Of a stretch of DNA of 64,000 nucleotides, positions 1-7,665 are shown piece by piece. The notes under the pieces are model-generated. The model had not been told where the DNA came from and made no database searches. It saw only the letters and a list, made by a program, of their open reading frames with translations. The position numbers and the translations under genes were made by a program. The stretch spans positions 449,332 through 513,331 of the forward strand of contig JAHJTE010000001.1 of assembly GCA_018830005.1 (NCBI GenBank), written 5' to 3'. The stretch is from Candidatus Omnitrophota bacterium (GTDB taxonomy: Bacteria > Omnitrophota > Gorgyraeia > JAHJTE01). The stretch's first letter is position 1. Every line of letters starts with the position of its first letter.

Positions 1-40
1 AAGAAATAGTCTATGGAATCGACTATAGTTAAACAGATTA

Positions 41-244
41 ATGGAAGATATAGATAAAAGCATAAGGGAAATAGAAGTTGAGGCAAGTTCTCCGCAAGAG
101 GCTATAGAGATAGCCCTTAAGAAATTAGGCGTTAAAAGAAATGAAGTAGAGATAAAGATATTGAATGAGGAAACCAAAGGGCTTTTTGGAATGGAAGGAT
201 CAAAACCAGCAAAAGTTAAAGTGAGAGTAAAGGAAAGAAAGTGA
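41..244 (+). CDS. small KhpB/Jag N-terminal-domain (Jag_N-like) protein
   Basis: 67-aa ORF. The sequence EAIEIALKKLGV...EVEI.IL.E..KGLFG...KPAKVKV matches the Jag_N fold pattern. The stop TGA overlaps the GTG of the next ORF. Confidence 0.5.
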   Translation: MEDIDKSIREIEVEASSPQEAIEIALKKLGVKRNEVEIKILNEETKGLFGMEGSKPAKVKVRVKERK

Positions 245-500
245 CATATAAAATAACTGGAGATTGTCCTGAATGAGGCTATCCAAAGAAGTGAATCTTC
301 GGGATCCCGAAGAAGTTCTTTAGAAGTAACATCATTCGGGACAAACAATGCGGCCTTTGCGTAGAAAAGTGTCCTTTAAAAGTAATAGTAAAGAATGGAG
401 AAAGATACCAGATTACAGACAATTGCGAAGAATGCGGCATAGGTATAGAAAGCTGTCCAATGAGGGCGATTGTTGAAGTAGTAGAAGATTTTAAGAGATA
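241..500 (+). pseudogene. ferredoxin-like (CxxCxxxCP) ORF with two in-frame TGA codons; candidate selenoprotein or disrupted gene
   Basis: The frame runs from GTG 241 (GTGA overlap with the upstream stop) to TAG 500. It encodes VTYKITGDCPE*GYPKK*IFGIPKK...QCGLCVEKCP...DNCEECGIGIESCP. The TGA codons lie at 274-276 and 292-294. A 16-bp perfect palindrome (297-312) follows immediately. Confidence 0.35.
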
Positions 501-518
501 GAAAACGATTGATAGACT

Positions 519-716
519 ATGCCTAGATGTGTGGCTAAAGAAATACAAGCTAAAGAGTTTACTCCCAGAGCAATAGGCAAAATTAGAGAAGGCAATTTCT
601 ATATCCCTGATTGCCCATATTATGAATCGCGAATTAATTTCCCTAAAAAAGTCAAAATAGACGAAATTCTTATTGGTTGGCATTGTTTCAATTGTAATAA
701 TTTTAAAGAAGATTAA
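519..716 (+). CDS. hypothetical small Cys-rich protein
   Basis: 65-aa ORF containing DCPYY...WHCFNCNN. It is tightly packed with the next ORF (stop 716, start 720). Confidence 0.35.
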   Translation: MPRCVAKEIQAKEFTPRAIGKIREGNFYIPDCPYYESRINFPKKVKIDEILIGWHCFNCNNFKED

Positions 717-719
717 AAA

Positions 720-944
720 ATGGAATTTGAAAATCAAGGTATTAAATGTAGCAAATTTTGGGAAACAGAATTGGTCATCAAGAAGACTGAAGCTAAAATA
801 AGTGAGACAAGTAGCATTAAAGAGAGGCGATATTATGCTCAAGACATCTTACTTGAGGCAGAAGGTTTATTATCGTGTTTAAATTATAATTCTGGAAATC
901 CAGATTGCTTGAATTGTCACTCTATCTGCCGCGGCCACATTTAA
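720..944 (+). CDS. hypothetical small Cys-rich protein
   Basis: 74-aa ORF with a C-terminal CLNYNSGNPDCLNCHSICRGH cysteine cluster. Confidence 0.35.
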   Translation: MEFENQGIKCSKFWETELVIKKTEAKISETSSIKERRYYAQDILLEAEGLLSCLNYNSGNPDCLNCHSICRGHI

Positions 945-1006
945 GAATATGAATATTTAGCTAAAGAGAAAAGAAAAAAAGTTATTAATAGATAGGAGTC
1001 TCTCAT

Positions 1007-1402
1007 ATGTTTAAGAAAGACCAAAGATTGAAGATGCAAGAGAAAATTATTGATATCGAAGCCGGGATGCAAGGAAATATTAAATTTAGCAGCCCAGTCA
1101 ACTTAAGAATAAGCGGCAAATTTGAAGGAGAATTAGAAACCCAAGGAGTCTTAGCAATAGGAGAAAAGGCGGATGTAAAAGCTAAGAAGATCAAGGGAGA
1201 GTATATAACAATAGCCGGTAATGTAAAAGGTGATATTATAAGTAGTAAACGTCTGGAACTTTCTTCATCTGCAAAGGTGATTGGAAATATTAAGGCCCCA
1301 ATTTTGGTCATTAATGAAGGTGCTATGTTGAAAGGAAACTGTGAGGTCCCTTTCGAAGCTGAAAAAAGCGAGCCTAAAAAACACTCTAAAAAGAAGAAAT
1401 AA
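1007..1402 (+). CDS. bactofilin (CcmA/DUF583 family) cytoskeletal protein
   Basis: The ORF contains repetitive beta-helical motifs (GKFEGELE..GVLAIGEKADVKAKKIKGEYITIAGNVKGDIIS..LELSSSAKVIGNIKAPILVINEGA) and a Lys-rich tail. Confidence 0.8.
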   Translation: MFKKDQRLKMQEKIIDIEAGMQGNIKFSSPVNLRISGKFEGELETQGVLAIGEKADVKAKKIKGEYITIAGNVKGDIISSKRLELSSSAKVIGNIKAPILVINEGAMLKGNCEVPFEAEKSEPKKHSKKKK

Positions 1403-1544
1403 AGTTCCTTTCTATATTTTTTGATTTTATTTCTTTATACACCTTTTCAAAATTTCTCTCTATGCTTATCTTTACAATAAATCTTTGATGTCCACCTTTT
1501 AAAAGAGGACAGACATTAACTCTCTACCTTCCAAATAGTTACGT

Positions 1545-1752
1545 CTTTTTAAGCCCCAAAACATTGGACAAATAGGACTCCTTCGGCGCGCTCACTGCGT
1601 TCGCTTGCTCAGGATTTCGCTAAAGTGCTCAAAATTTAGCGAGGGGATAGCCTCTCTAAGTCCAGAATATTCTTGATATAACAAGGTATTGCGTATATAA
1701 TTACTCTATTAAATTGAGAGAGGTTTCCCCTCATGATGTTTGAGAGGGACCC
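1545..1752 (+). repeat. intergenic repeat-family copy A (promoter plus conserved leader module)
   Basis: It shares about 60 nt with copy B (ggacaaataggactccttcggcg..ctcac..cgttcgcttgctcaggatttcgctaaa). It also carries the GAGG-loop-CCTC hairpin, TTGATA-17-TATAAT, and the leader gagaggtttcccctcatgatgtttgagagggaccc. Confidence 0.7.
1673..1701 (+). promoter_or_regulatory. sigma70-type promoter (TTGATA-17 nt-TATAAT) inside repeat copy A
   Basis: TTGATA at 1673-1678, 17-nt spacer, TATAAT at 1696-1701. The identical architecture recurs in copies B, D and G. Confidence 0.6.
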
Positions 1753-1785
1753 TTGATTTTTCTACAATAACAGAAAAATCAAGGG
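1750..1785 (+). other. strong hairpin (11-bp stem) in the leader of a structured noncoding region
   Basis: cccttgatttttc-tacaataaca-gaaaaatcaaggg forms a perfect inverted repeat. Confidence 0.5.
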
Positions 1786-2177
1786 TGCTCCTAAGCCTAT
1801 CGGGAAAATATTGTAAAGATTTTCCCGATGTTTAGGCAAGGAGCCCCCTCAAAGTGTTTAAGCGAGGGGGCAGAGTATATTCGGAAAATTAATGGTTGTT
1901 CCGATGTTTAGGCAAGGAGCAATTTTCTTACTGTATTGATTAGAATTGAAATATAATAGCCTCAAAAAGGAGGCTGTATGGGCAGGATGAATTTAGAGTA
2001 ATTAGACTAATCTTAGGGCGCTAGTAAATTAGCGCCTTTTCTAATTAGGTACGTGTCCCCGGAATTTGGTGCAGTTTCTACAAAGTTAATATCCGATAAG
2101 AATGAGGAGATTATTGTCCTTAATTCAGAACTAGCCAAGAAGGTAATAAGAAAAATAACCAAAGGAGGCGGATAAAA

Positions 2178-2804
2178 ATGAACTATTGGTATAAGTATTT
2201 GGGAGCGGTTATAGTTACATCTTTAATGGGCTGTGGTATGTTAACAGAGCCAGTAAAAGAGACTTCTAATGGTTATGAGCTACAGAAAAATACTTCTTTA
2301 AGGGTTATCTTGCAAACTCCTCTTAGCTCCAATACGAATGAGAGGGGCGATCAGTTTACTACGTATCTTGCTCAGGCCTTGGTTTTTAAAGAAAAGGCCA
2401 TATTACCTAAAGATACACAGATACGCGGCTTAGTTAAAAGAGTCAAGAAATATGAAAAACTTGGAGACCGCGCCAGTTTATTTCTGCTTTTTGACCAGAT
2501 TGTTTTTTCTGATGGTATACGAATACCGCTAGTGGCAAGTTTAAATACAGAAGAAGGAGATAGGGTAATAAAGATCAAGGGAAAGGCTCTAAAAGATACC
2601 ACAATAATTGGAGGTAGTGCTCTTGTGGGAACTGTGGTAGGAAGAAAGACATTAGGAAAAGACGGAGCAAAGAAAGGCCTTATTGTTGGAGCAGGCCTTG
2701 GTACAGGTGCTGTGCTTTTGTCTAATATGAAAGAAATAAAACTTCCTGCAGGTACAGAACTTGTGATAAAACTTGATGAACTTCTTCTACTTCCCAAGGA
2801 ATAG
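2178..2804 (+). CDS. hypothetical lipoprotein with a Gly-rich C-terminal hydrophobic segment
   Basis: Signal peptide with lipobox LMGCG. The C-terminus reads GLIVGAGLGTGAVLLSN. An RBS (aaaggaggcgg) lies upstream. Confidence 0.6.
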   Translation: MNYWYKYLGAVIVTSLMGCGMLTEPVKETSNGYELQKNTSLRVILQTPLSSNTNERGDQFTTYLAQALVFKEKAILPKDTQIRGLVKRVKKYEKLGDRASLFLLFDQIVFSDGIRIPLVASLNTEEGDRVIKIKGKALKDTTIIGGSALVGTVVGRKTLGKDGAKKGLIVGAGLGTGAVLLSNMKEIKLPAGTELVIKLDELLLLPKE

Positions 2805-2934
2805 ATGTCAGAGAACTTTGAGGTAGGGGAGTCTAAGGAGTCGGTAGGAGTGTACTGTTTGTCACCTTGATGCAATTGTCCGTCTTCTAATAGAGGACAA
2901 ACAGCAATCCTTTACTTCCCAAATAGTTGCAGAC

Positions 2935-3160
2935 TTCTCAGCCTAAAAATACCGGACAAATAGGACTCCTTCGGCGTACTCACTTCGTTCGCTTGCTCAG
3001 GATTTCGCTAAATACTTATATTAAAGTACTCAAAATTTGGTGAGGAAATCGCCTCTCCGAATCCAGAATTTTCTTGATATAGCAAGGTATTGCGTATATA
3101 ATTGCTCTATTAAATTGAGAGAGGTTTCCCCTCATGACATTTGAGAGGGACCCCATTTTT
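2935..3160 (+). repeat. intergenic repeat-family copy B
   Basis: Near-identical to copy A across the upstream 60 nt, the GAGG-hairpin, the promoter (TTGATA 3074-3079, TATAAT 3097-3102) and the leader gagaggtttcccctcatgacatttgagagggacccc. Confidence 0.7.
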
Positions 3161-3189
3161 TTCATCTCTGATGAAAAAAGTATAAGAGT

Positions 3190-3327
3190 AGGGGACGGTT
3201 CCTTAGAATGTAACTGATTAAGAGGCAATAGATTACAAATACTAATAAACAAGCTAAAAACAAGTTGATTATTTGCTATTATAATTAATTGAAATAAAAT
3301 AACTTGCATCAAGAGGAACCGTCCCCT
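3190..3327. repeat. 14-bp perfect inverted repeat pair (aggggacggttcct / aggaaccgtcccct) bracketing about 110 nt of very AT-rich sequence
   Basis: Left arm 3190-3203, right arm 3314-3327. It resembles a MITE with terminal inverted repeats or a closing stem of a structured RNA. Confidence 0.5.
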
Positions 3328-3443
3328 TAATTCTTAATTCCACTTACTGCGCAAGGAGAAAACAGGAGGAGTTTTGTATCAGATAGCCGATAAACTGTAA
3401 TAAAGCAAATTCCGAAGAAGGGAGAAGAAGGGAGGATTAAAAC

Positions 3444-3581
3444 ATGGCAGACAAGAATAAACCATTGCAGTCAGGCGTTGGATCTCTAAAGCTATTTATC
3501 ATTGCGGCGGTAGTCATCCTTATCGCATGGATAATCGGCAAAGGCGTCTTAACGCTTATTTCATCTGCAAAACAAATGTAA
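3444..3581 (+). CDS. hypothetical small membrane peptide (45 aa)
   Basis: The ORF is below the size cutoff of the ORF track. It has a strong RBS (ggagaagaagggaggattaaaacATG). Translation MADKNKPLQSGVGSLKLFIIAAVVILIAWIIGKGVLTLISSAKQM contains one transmembrane helix. Confidence 0.4.
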   Translation: MADKNKPLQSGVGSLKLFIIAAVVILIAWIIGKGVLTLISSAKQM

Positions 3582-3770
3582 TGGTTTTAGGTTTCATGTT
3601 CTGGAATAATGTCTGAAAAACGGAAATTATAAGAATGAAAATAGCGCTTATTGAACCTCGCGCTTGCGAAGCAAATGTCTAAAGAAAGAGTTCAAATAAT
3701 ATAATAATATTCTAGCGTTAAGTAGCCGGAATAGCAAAGTTAGCAAAGGAATAAGGAAAGGATTAAAATC

Positions 3771-4805
3771 ATGAATGATTATGTGTTTTCTGGCATTTTA
3801 ATAGTATCCGGCTTTACTGCCGGGTGGATACTTTATCTTTTTGTTTCATTTTTGCTTAAACGGAGTGATGGTCTTTTCAAAGAGCTCAAGGCCGATTTAA
3901 GGCGAATTAAAAGTCCCTTACGTTTTTTGGTGCCCGCTTTGTGTATTTCGATGGTTATTCCTTTCTTGCGGTTACCGGAAAAGGTGGGTGGCTTTATTAG
4001 CCATTTTATTCAAATCCTGTTTATTGCGTTGTTTGGTTGGGTTATCGTAAAGATTGTTTTTATTGTCCGCGATGCGCTTTTGAACCGTTATGATATTAAT
4101 GCTCGGGACAATGTGCATGCCCGCAGCATGCATACACAAATACGTTTAATCGCAAACATCATTGGCGTGGTTCTAGTTTTGTTAAGTGTTTCTTTTATTT
4201 TGATGAGTTTTGCAGAAGTCAGGCAGATAGGGGTCAGCATATTGGCTTCGGCAGGAGTTATCGGTATAGTTATAGGTTTTGCTGCACAAAAAACGCTAGG
4301 GAATCTTATCGCCGGCATTCAGATAGCCATCGCTCAGCCAATTCGGCTGGATGATGTGGTCATTATTGAAGGCGAATGGGGATGGATTGAGGAAATTACC
4401 CTCACTTTTGTGGTAGTGCGTATTTGGGATCTAAGGCGATTGGTAATTCCGATATCGTATTTTCTTGAAAAGCCATTTCAGAATTGGACGCGGACTTCAG
4501 CAGATTTGCTGGGAACTGTTTTTATCTATACCGATTACACTGTACCCGTGAAAGAAGTACGTAATGAATTAACACGTATCCTGGAAAATAATTCAAAGTG
4601 GGATAAAAAGGTCAATGTGTTGCAGGTTACCAATGCTACTGAAAAAACAGTTGAACTGCGAGCGCTGATGAGCGCAGCAGATTCTCCTACTGCCTGGGGT
4701 TTACGCTGTGAGGTCAGGGAAAAGCTCCTGGAGTTTCTGCAACAACGCTTCCCGGAATGTTTACCGCGGATTCGCATTGAAATGAATAAGGGGGAATCAA
4801 GTTGA
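3771..4805 (+). CDS. mechanosensitive ion channel, MscS family
   Basis: The ORF has N-terminal transmembrane helices and the MscS core LGNLIAGIQIAIAQPIRLDDVVIIEGEWGWIEEITLTFVVVRIWD. Confidence 0.85.
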   Translation: MNDYVFSGILIVSGFTAGWILYLFVSFLLKRSDGLFKELKADLRRIKSPLRFLVPALCISMVIPFLRLPEKVGGFISHFIQILFIALFGWVIVKIVFIVRDALLNRYDINARDNVHARSMHTQIRLIANIIGVVLVLLSVSFILMSFAEVRQIGVSILASAGVIGIVIGFAAQKTLGNLIAGIQIAIAQPIRLDDVVIIEGEWGWIEEITLTFVVVRIWDLRRLVIPISYFLEKPFQNWTRTSADLLGTVFIYTDYTVPVKEVRNELTRILENNSKWDKKVNVLQVTNATEKTVELRALMSAADSPTAWGLRCEVREKLLEFLQQRFPECLPRIRIEMNKGESS

Positions 4806-4836
4806 TACGAACAGCGTTTTCTGGTAAAAACTCTGC

Positions 4837-4866
4837 TGTCCACCTAAAAGAGGTGGACATTTTATA
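4837..4866 (+). terminator. rho-independent terminator
   Basis: The stem tgtccacct/aggtggaca with loop aaaag is followed by a T-rich run. Confidence 0.7.
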
Positions 4867-4894
4867 TCTATCTATACTTCAAATGGTTACGCAA

Positions 4895-5050
4895 TTTCCA
4901 GCCCAAAATGACCGGACATTTTGGGCAATTCTAACGAGGAAACAGCCTCTCTAAAGTTGCAGTATTAGGCATATATTAAGGTGATTCCTATATATAAGCG
5001 TTATTTGGAAACAGAGAGGTTTCCCCTCATGGAATACGAGAGCGACCCCA
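4895..5050 (+). repeat. intergenic repeat-family copy C (diverged)
   Basis: It contains ccaaaatgaccggaca, the hairpin GAGGaaacagCCTCtct, and the leader gagaggtttcccctcatggaatacgagagcgacccc. The promoter hexamers are not conserved. Confidence 0.55.
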
Positions 5051-5188
5051 TTTTCTATTTCCGTGATTTTCGACGATGTAGCGCCAAGGATAACGGTATG
5101 CAATTACTGAAGTTGCGTTGTTTAAGGATATGTTTTAGCTGAGTTCTTCTTTTGTTATCTCAAAAATATTTATGAAAGGAGGATTGAG

Positions 5189-5719
5189 ATGAAGAAAAAC
5201 ATTGTATTTGCTTTTGCGGCAATTGTTTTTATTGCGTTTTTTCTTCCTTGGGTTTCAGTTGGGACGGGATCTGCAGTCGGAAAACTGACTAAAATTATCC
5301 AGGGAGAGGGGAAGCAAGCGCAATTTATGTCCATAAGCGGTTTTCAGGTTCCGGTTATGGCAAACAGTAAAGAATCAAAATTGATGGTCACAGTTATTAA
5401 AATTTTCCAGCCGGGCATAACAAATGCGGATAAAAAAAGTTACTTAATCTGGGTTGTCCCTCTTATGGCAATAATTATGTCTTTGGCAGCTAGGTTCTTT
5501 AAGGATAATAAGTGGGTGCATTTGGCTATCGCAATAATCGGGGTGTTGATATTTGTGGTGGCGGTATTTAAAATTGCTACAACCGATTTAGATAAAGTAG
5601 TGATGAAGGTAAATATTGAGTCCGGACTATGGTTGGTATTTATCGGTTATCTTGGGATCGGCGTTTTAAGCGTAGTTGAATTTTTGCGTTTATTTAAGGC
5701 CAAGGTCGATTCCGATTGA
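5189..5719 (+). CDS. hypothetical integral membrane protein
   Basis: 176-aa ORF with 4-5 hydrophobic helices and an RBS (aaaggagg). Confidence 0.55.
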   Translation: MKKNIVFAFAAIVFIAFFLPWVSVGTGSAVGKLTKIIQGEGKQAQFMSISGFQVPVMANSKESKLMVTVIKIFQPGITNADKKSYLIWVVPLMAIIMSLAARFFKDNKWVHLAIAIIGVLIFVVAVFKIATTDLDKVVMKVNIESGLWLVFIGYLGIGVLSVVEFLRLFKAKVDSD

Positions 5720-5830
5720 TTTATCCTGTGTATTAACCATTGATATAATGGTCGATTAGGAGTAATTTAAAGTTGTCTTATCAATTAAAAAATAGTTTTT
5801 ATGAGTTATTTTAATTTATGGGAGGTGGGT

Positions 5831-6505
5831 ATGAAAAAAAGAAGCGTGATGTTCGTTGTTGTGGGTTGCGTGTCTTTTCTCTTGCTTGTTACCTCAATCG
5901 CGAGAGCAGAGGAAGTAAAACCGTTGCAGCTAGCGCTAATTGATACAATTCAGCTTGTTCCAGCAACTGATTCGATCAAAGGGCTCCGGTTAGAAGTCTA
6001 CGGGGTTAACAATGATGTGACTGGTTTAAGTTTAGGTTTTGTGCATAAAGCTACAGGTAATGTTAAAGGAGTAGAATTAGGTCTAGTGGGAGTTGTCGAA
6101 GGTGATTTTTATGGTTGGCAGAGCTCTTGGATTCTTAGCTCCGTATCGGGAAGGTTTGTAGGCGTGCAAGGAGGAATTGTTTCTCTTGCTAAAGACAAAT
6201 TTACCGGTTGGCAGAGTGGTATTGTAGCTTCGACTGAGGGGATGTTTAAAGGCCTTCAGAGTGGCCTGGTGAATATTGCTAATACTGATGCCAAAGGAGT
6301 CCAGCTCGGTGCTGTTAACTGGACTGAAAATTCCTTTGAGGGAGTTCAGCTGGGCATTGTTAATCATGCCGGCGAAGTGCGCGGATTACAGCTTGGTATT
6401 GTCAATTATACCAAGTCTCTCAACGGCCTCCAGATCGGCCTTGCCAACTACAACGGCAATAAAGACCCTCTGGAATTCATGGTGCTTGTTAACTGGTCGT
6501 TCTAA
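5831..6505 (+). CDS. secreted protein with tandem about 14-15-aa G-x-Q-x-G-x-V-N repeats
   Basis: The start is at ATG 5831 (RBS ggaggtg), followed by signal peptide MKKRSVMFVVVGCVSFLLLVTSIARA. At least six repeats of the form G(L/V)Q(L/S)G(I/L/A)VN are present. Confidence 0.6.
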   Translation: MKKRSVMFVVVGCVSFLLLVTSIARAEEVKPLQLALIDTIQLVPATDSIKGLRLEVYGVNNDVTGLSLGFVHKATGNVKGVELGLVGVVEGDFYGWQSSWILSSVSGRFVGVQGGIVSLAKDKFTGWQSGIVASTEGMFKGLQSGLVNIANTDAKGVQLGAVNWTENSFEGVQLGIVNHAGEVRGLQLGIVNYTKSLNGLQIGLANYNGNKDPLEFMVLVNWSF

Positions 6506-6624
6506 TTAATCTATAAACTATCCTTTAGCTCAAACAGGGATATCTCCTAATATGCGCTCAATTGATATAGGGGGATATCCCTATATTTTAGCCTTATCTT
6601 TCAAATAGTTTAGAAAGTTAGGTC

Positions 6625-6827
6625 AAAAATGACTGGACAAAACGGACATGGCTCGACGCATTCGTTTCGCCCTTCGAAGAAGCTCAGGGTTTGCTTCATT
6701 TGCTCACCATGAGTGAGGAATCACCTCTCTGAAGTCAAAATATTCTTGATATAACAAGGTATTGCGGATATAATTGCCATTGTGAATTAAGAGAGGTTTC
6801 CCCTCGGCTAATATGAGAGCGACCCCA
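6625..6827 (+). repeat. intergenic repeat-family copy D
   Basis: It contains gactggacaaaacggac, ttgctcaccatgagtGAGGaatcaCCTCtct, a promoter (TTGATA 6746-6751, TATAAT 6769-6774) and the leader gagaggtttcccctcggctaatatgagagcgacccc. Confidence 0.7.
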
Positions 6828-6902
6828 ATTCTTGAGAATATGTGATTAAATAGTAGTAATGAGTCAAGGTTGCAATAAGCACAGCACAAAAGGGGTATCA
6901 AC

Positions 6903-7256
6903 ATGAAAAACCTTTTCAGCCAGTTACGTGTAAACAAAAACATCTGTTTCTGTCTTATCCTTTTCTCTGTTGCTGCCGTGGTTTGTGCGCAGACACTCGA
7001 GAGACAGCGTCCCCCTATATCTGCGCAGGAAGCCATCCGCCTGGCCGAACGATACGTGACTAATAACAAGATTGACGTCTCGAAGCATTTCATCAGTTCG
7101 GTGCGCTATATTGTGTCGGGAAGTTGGACAGATAGCTCAATAGGCAAAGGTCCCTATTGGCAAGTAACCTACGAATTGGTTCAATTAGCGGATGGGGGTC
7201 AGCACTTCATATTGATTTATATGGACGGTAAGATCGGCAGAATCGGCGGATTATGA
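6903..7256 (+). CDS. hypothetical secreted protein (possibly PepSY-like)
   Basis: 117-aa ORF with an N-terminal signal peptide (CLILFSVAAVVCAQT). Confidence 0.5.
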   Translation: MKNLFSQLRVNKNICFCLILFSVAAVVCAQTLERQRPPISAQEAIRLAERYVTNNKIDVSKHFISSVRYIVSGSWTDSSIGKGPYWQVTYELVQLADGGQHFILIYMDGKIGRIGGL

Positions 7257-7284
7257 AAACAAGTTCGCCGAAGCATTCATTGGT

Positions 7285-7328
7285 CGTTAAGAGAGGTTTC
7301 CCCTCGGCTAATATGAGAGGGACCCCAG
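7285..7328 (+). repeat. intergenic repeat-family copy E (3' leader module only)
   Basis: The sequence gagaggtttcccctcggctaatatgagagggacccc lacks the upstream promoter part. Confidence 0.55.
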
Positions 7329-7363
7329 TAATATCATTCTCTTCAGCATTCGGGAGAGTTTCA

Positions 7364-7399
7364 AGGCTATTGATTGATACCGGTCAATAGCCTTTTTTA
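7364..7399 (+). terminator. rho-independent terminator
   Basis: aggctattga...tcaatagcct followed by TTTTTT. Confidence 0.7.
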
Positions 7400-7665
7400 T
7401 CTGTTGCTGTTTCAAAGAGTTAGGGCATTATATTTATTGGCACTATATCGAATTTTTCCACACCATAAGCTGTTTATAAAGCCTCTCTGAATATCGCCAC
7501 TTAATCGCCAAAATAGGCCAATTCCTCTCTTAGTTTATGGCAGCTAGTTTATGCTATATTGGTCAAGATATTGGATATAGATCGGGTTGAATATGGGCAT
7601 AAACTAGGAATTGAGAAGGCTCATTATGTGTTGCAAATATATCAAATTGGGATATAATTCCTTAT

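Noticed and set aside
279-842. 187-aa minus-strand ORF, and similar minus-strand ORFs at 1003-1311, 2372-2875, 3016-3312, 6083-6367, 7770-8174, 16199-16381 and elsewhere.
   Set aside because: They are antisense to well-supported plus-strand genes or lie inside repeat elements. They have low-complexity or hydrophobic nonsense composition and no RBS. They are shadow ORFs.
1716-1760. Conserved leader peptide (M-x-F-E-R-D-P-I-F-F) encoded in repeat leaders of copies A, B, C and G.
   Set aside because: Copies D, E and F do not maintain the reading frame or a start codon, while nucleotide identity is maintained. Conservation is at the DNA/RNA level.
1480-7330. CRISPR array, considered because of recurring short sequences.
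   Set aside because: The repeats are 150-300 bp composite modules at irregular spacing (1.4-1.8 kb) separated by genes. They are not 25-40-bp direct repeats with uniform spacers, and no cas genes are present.
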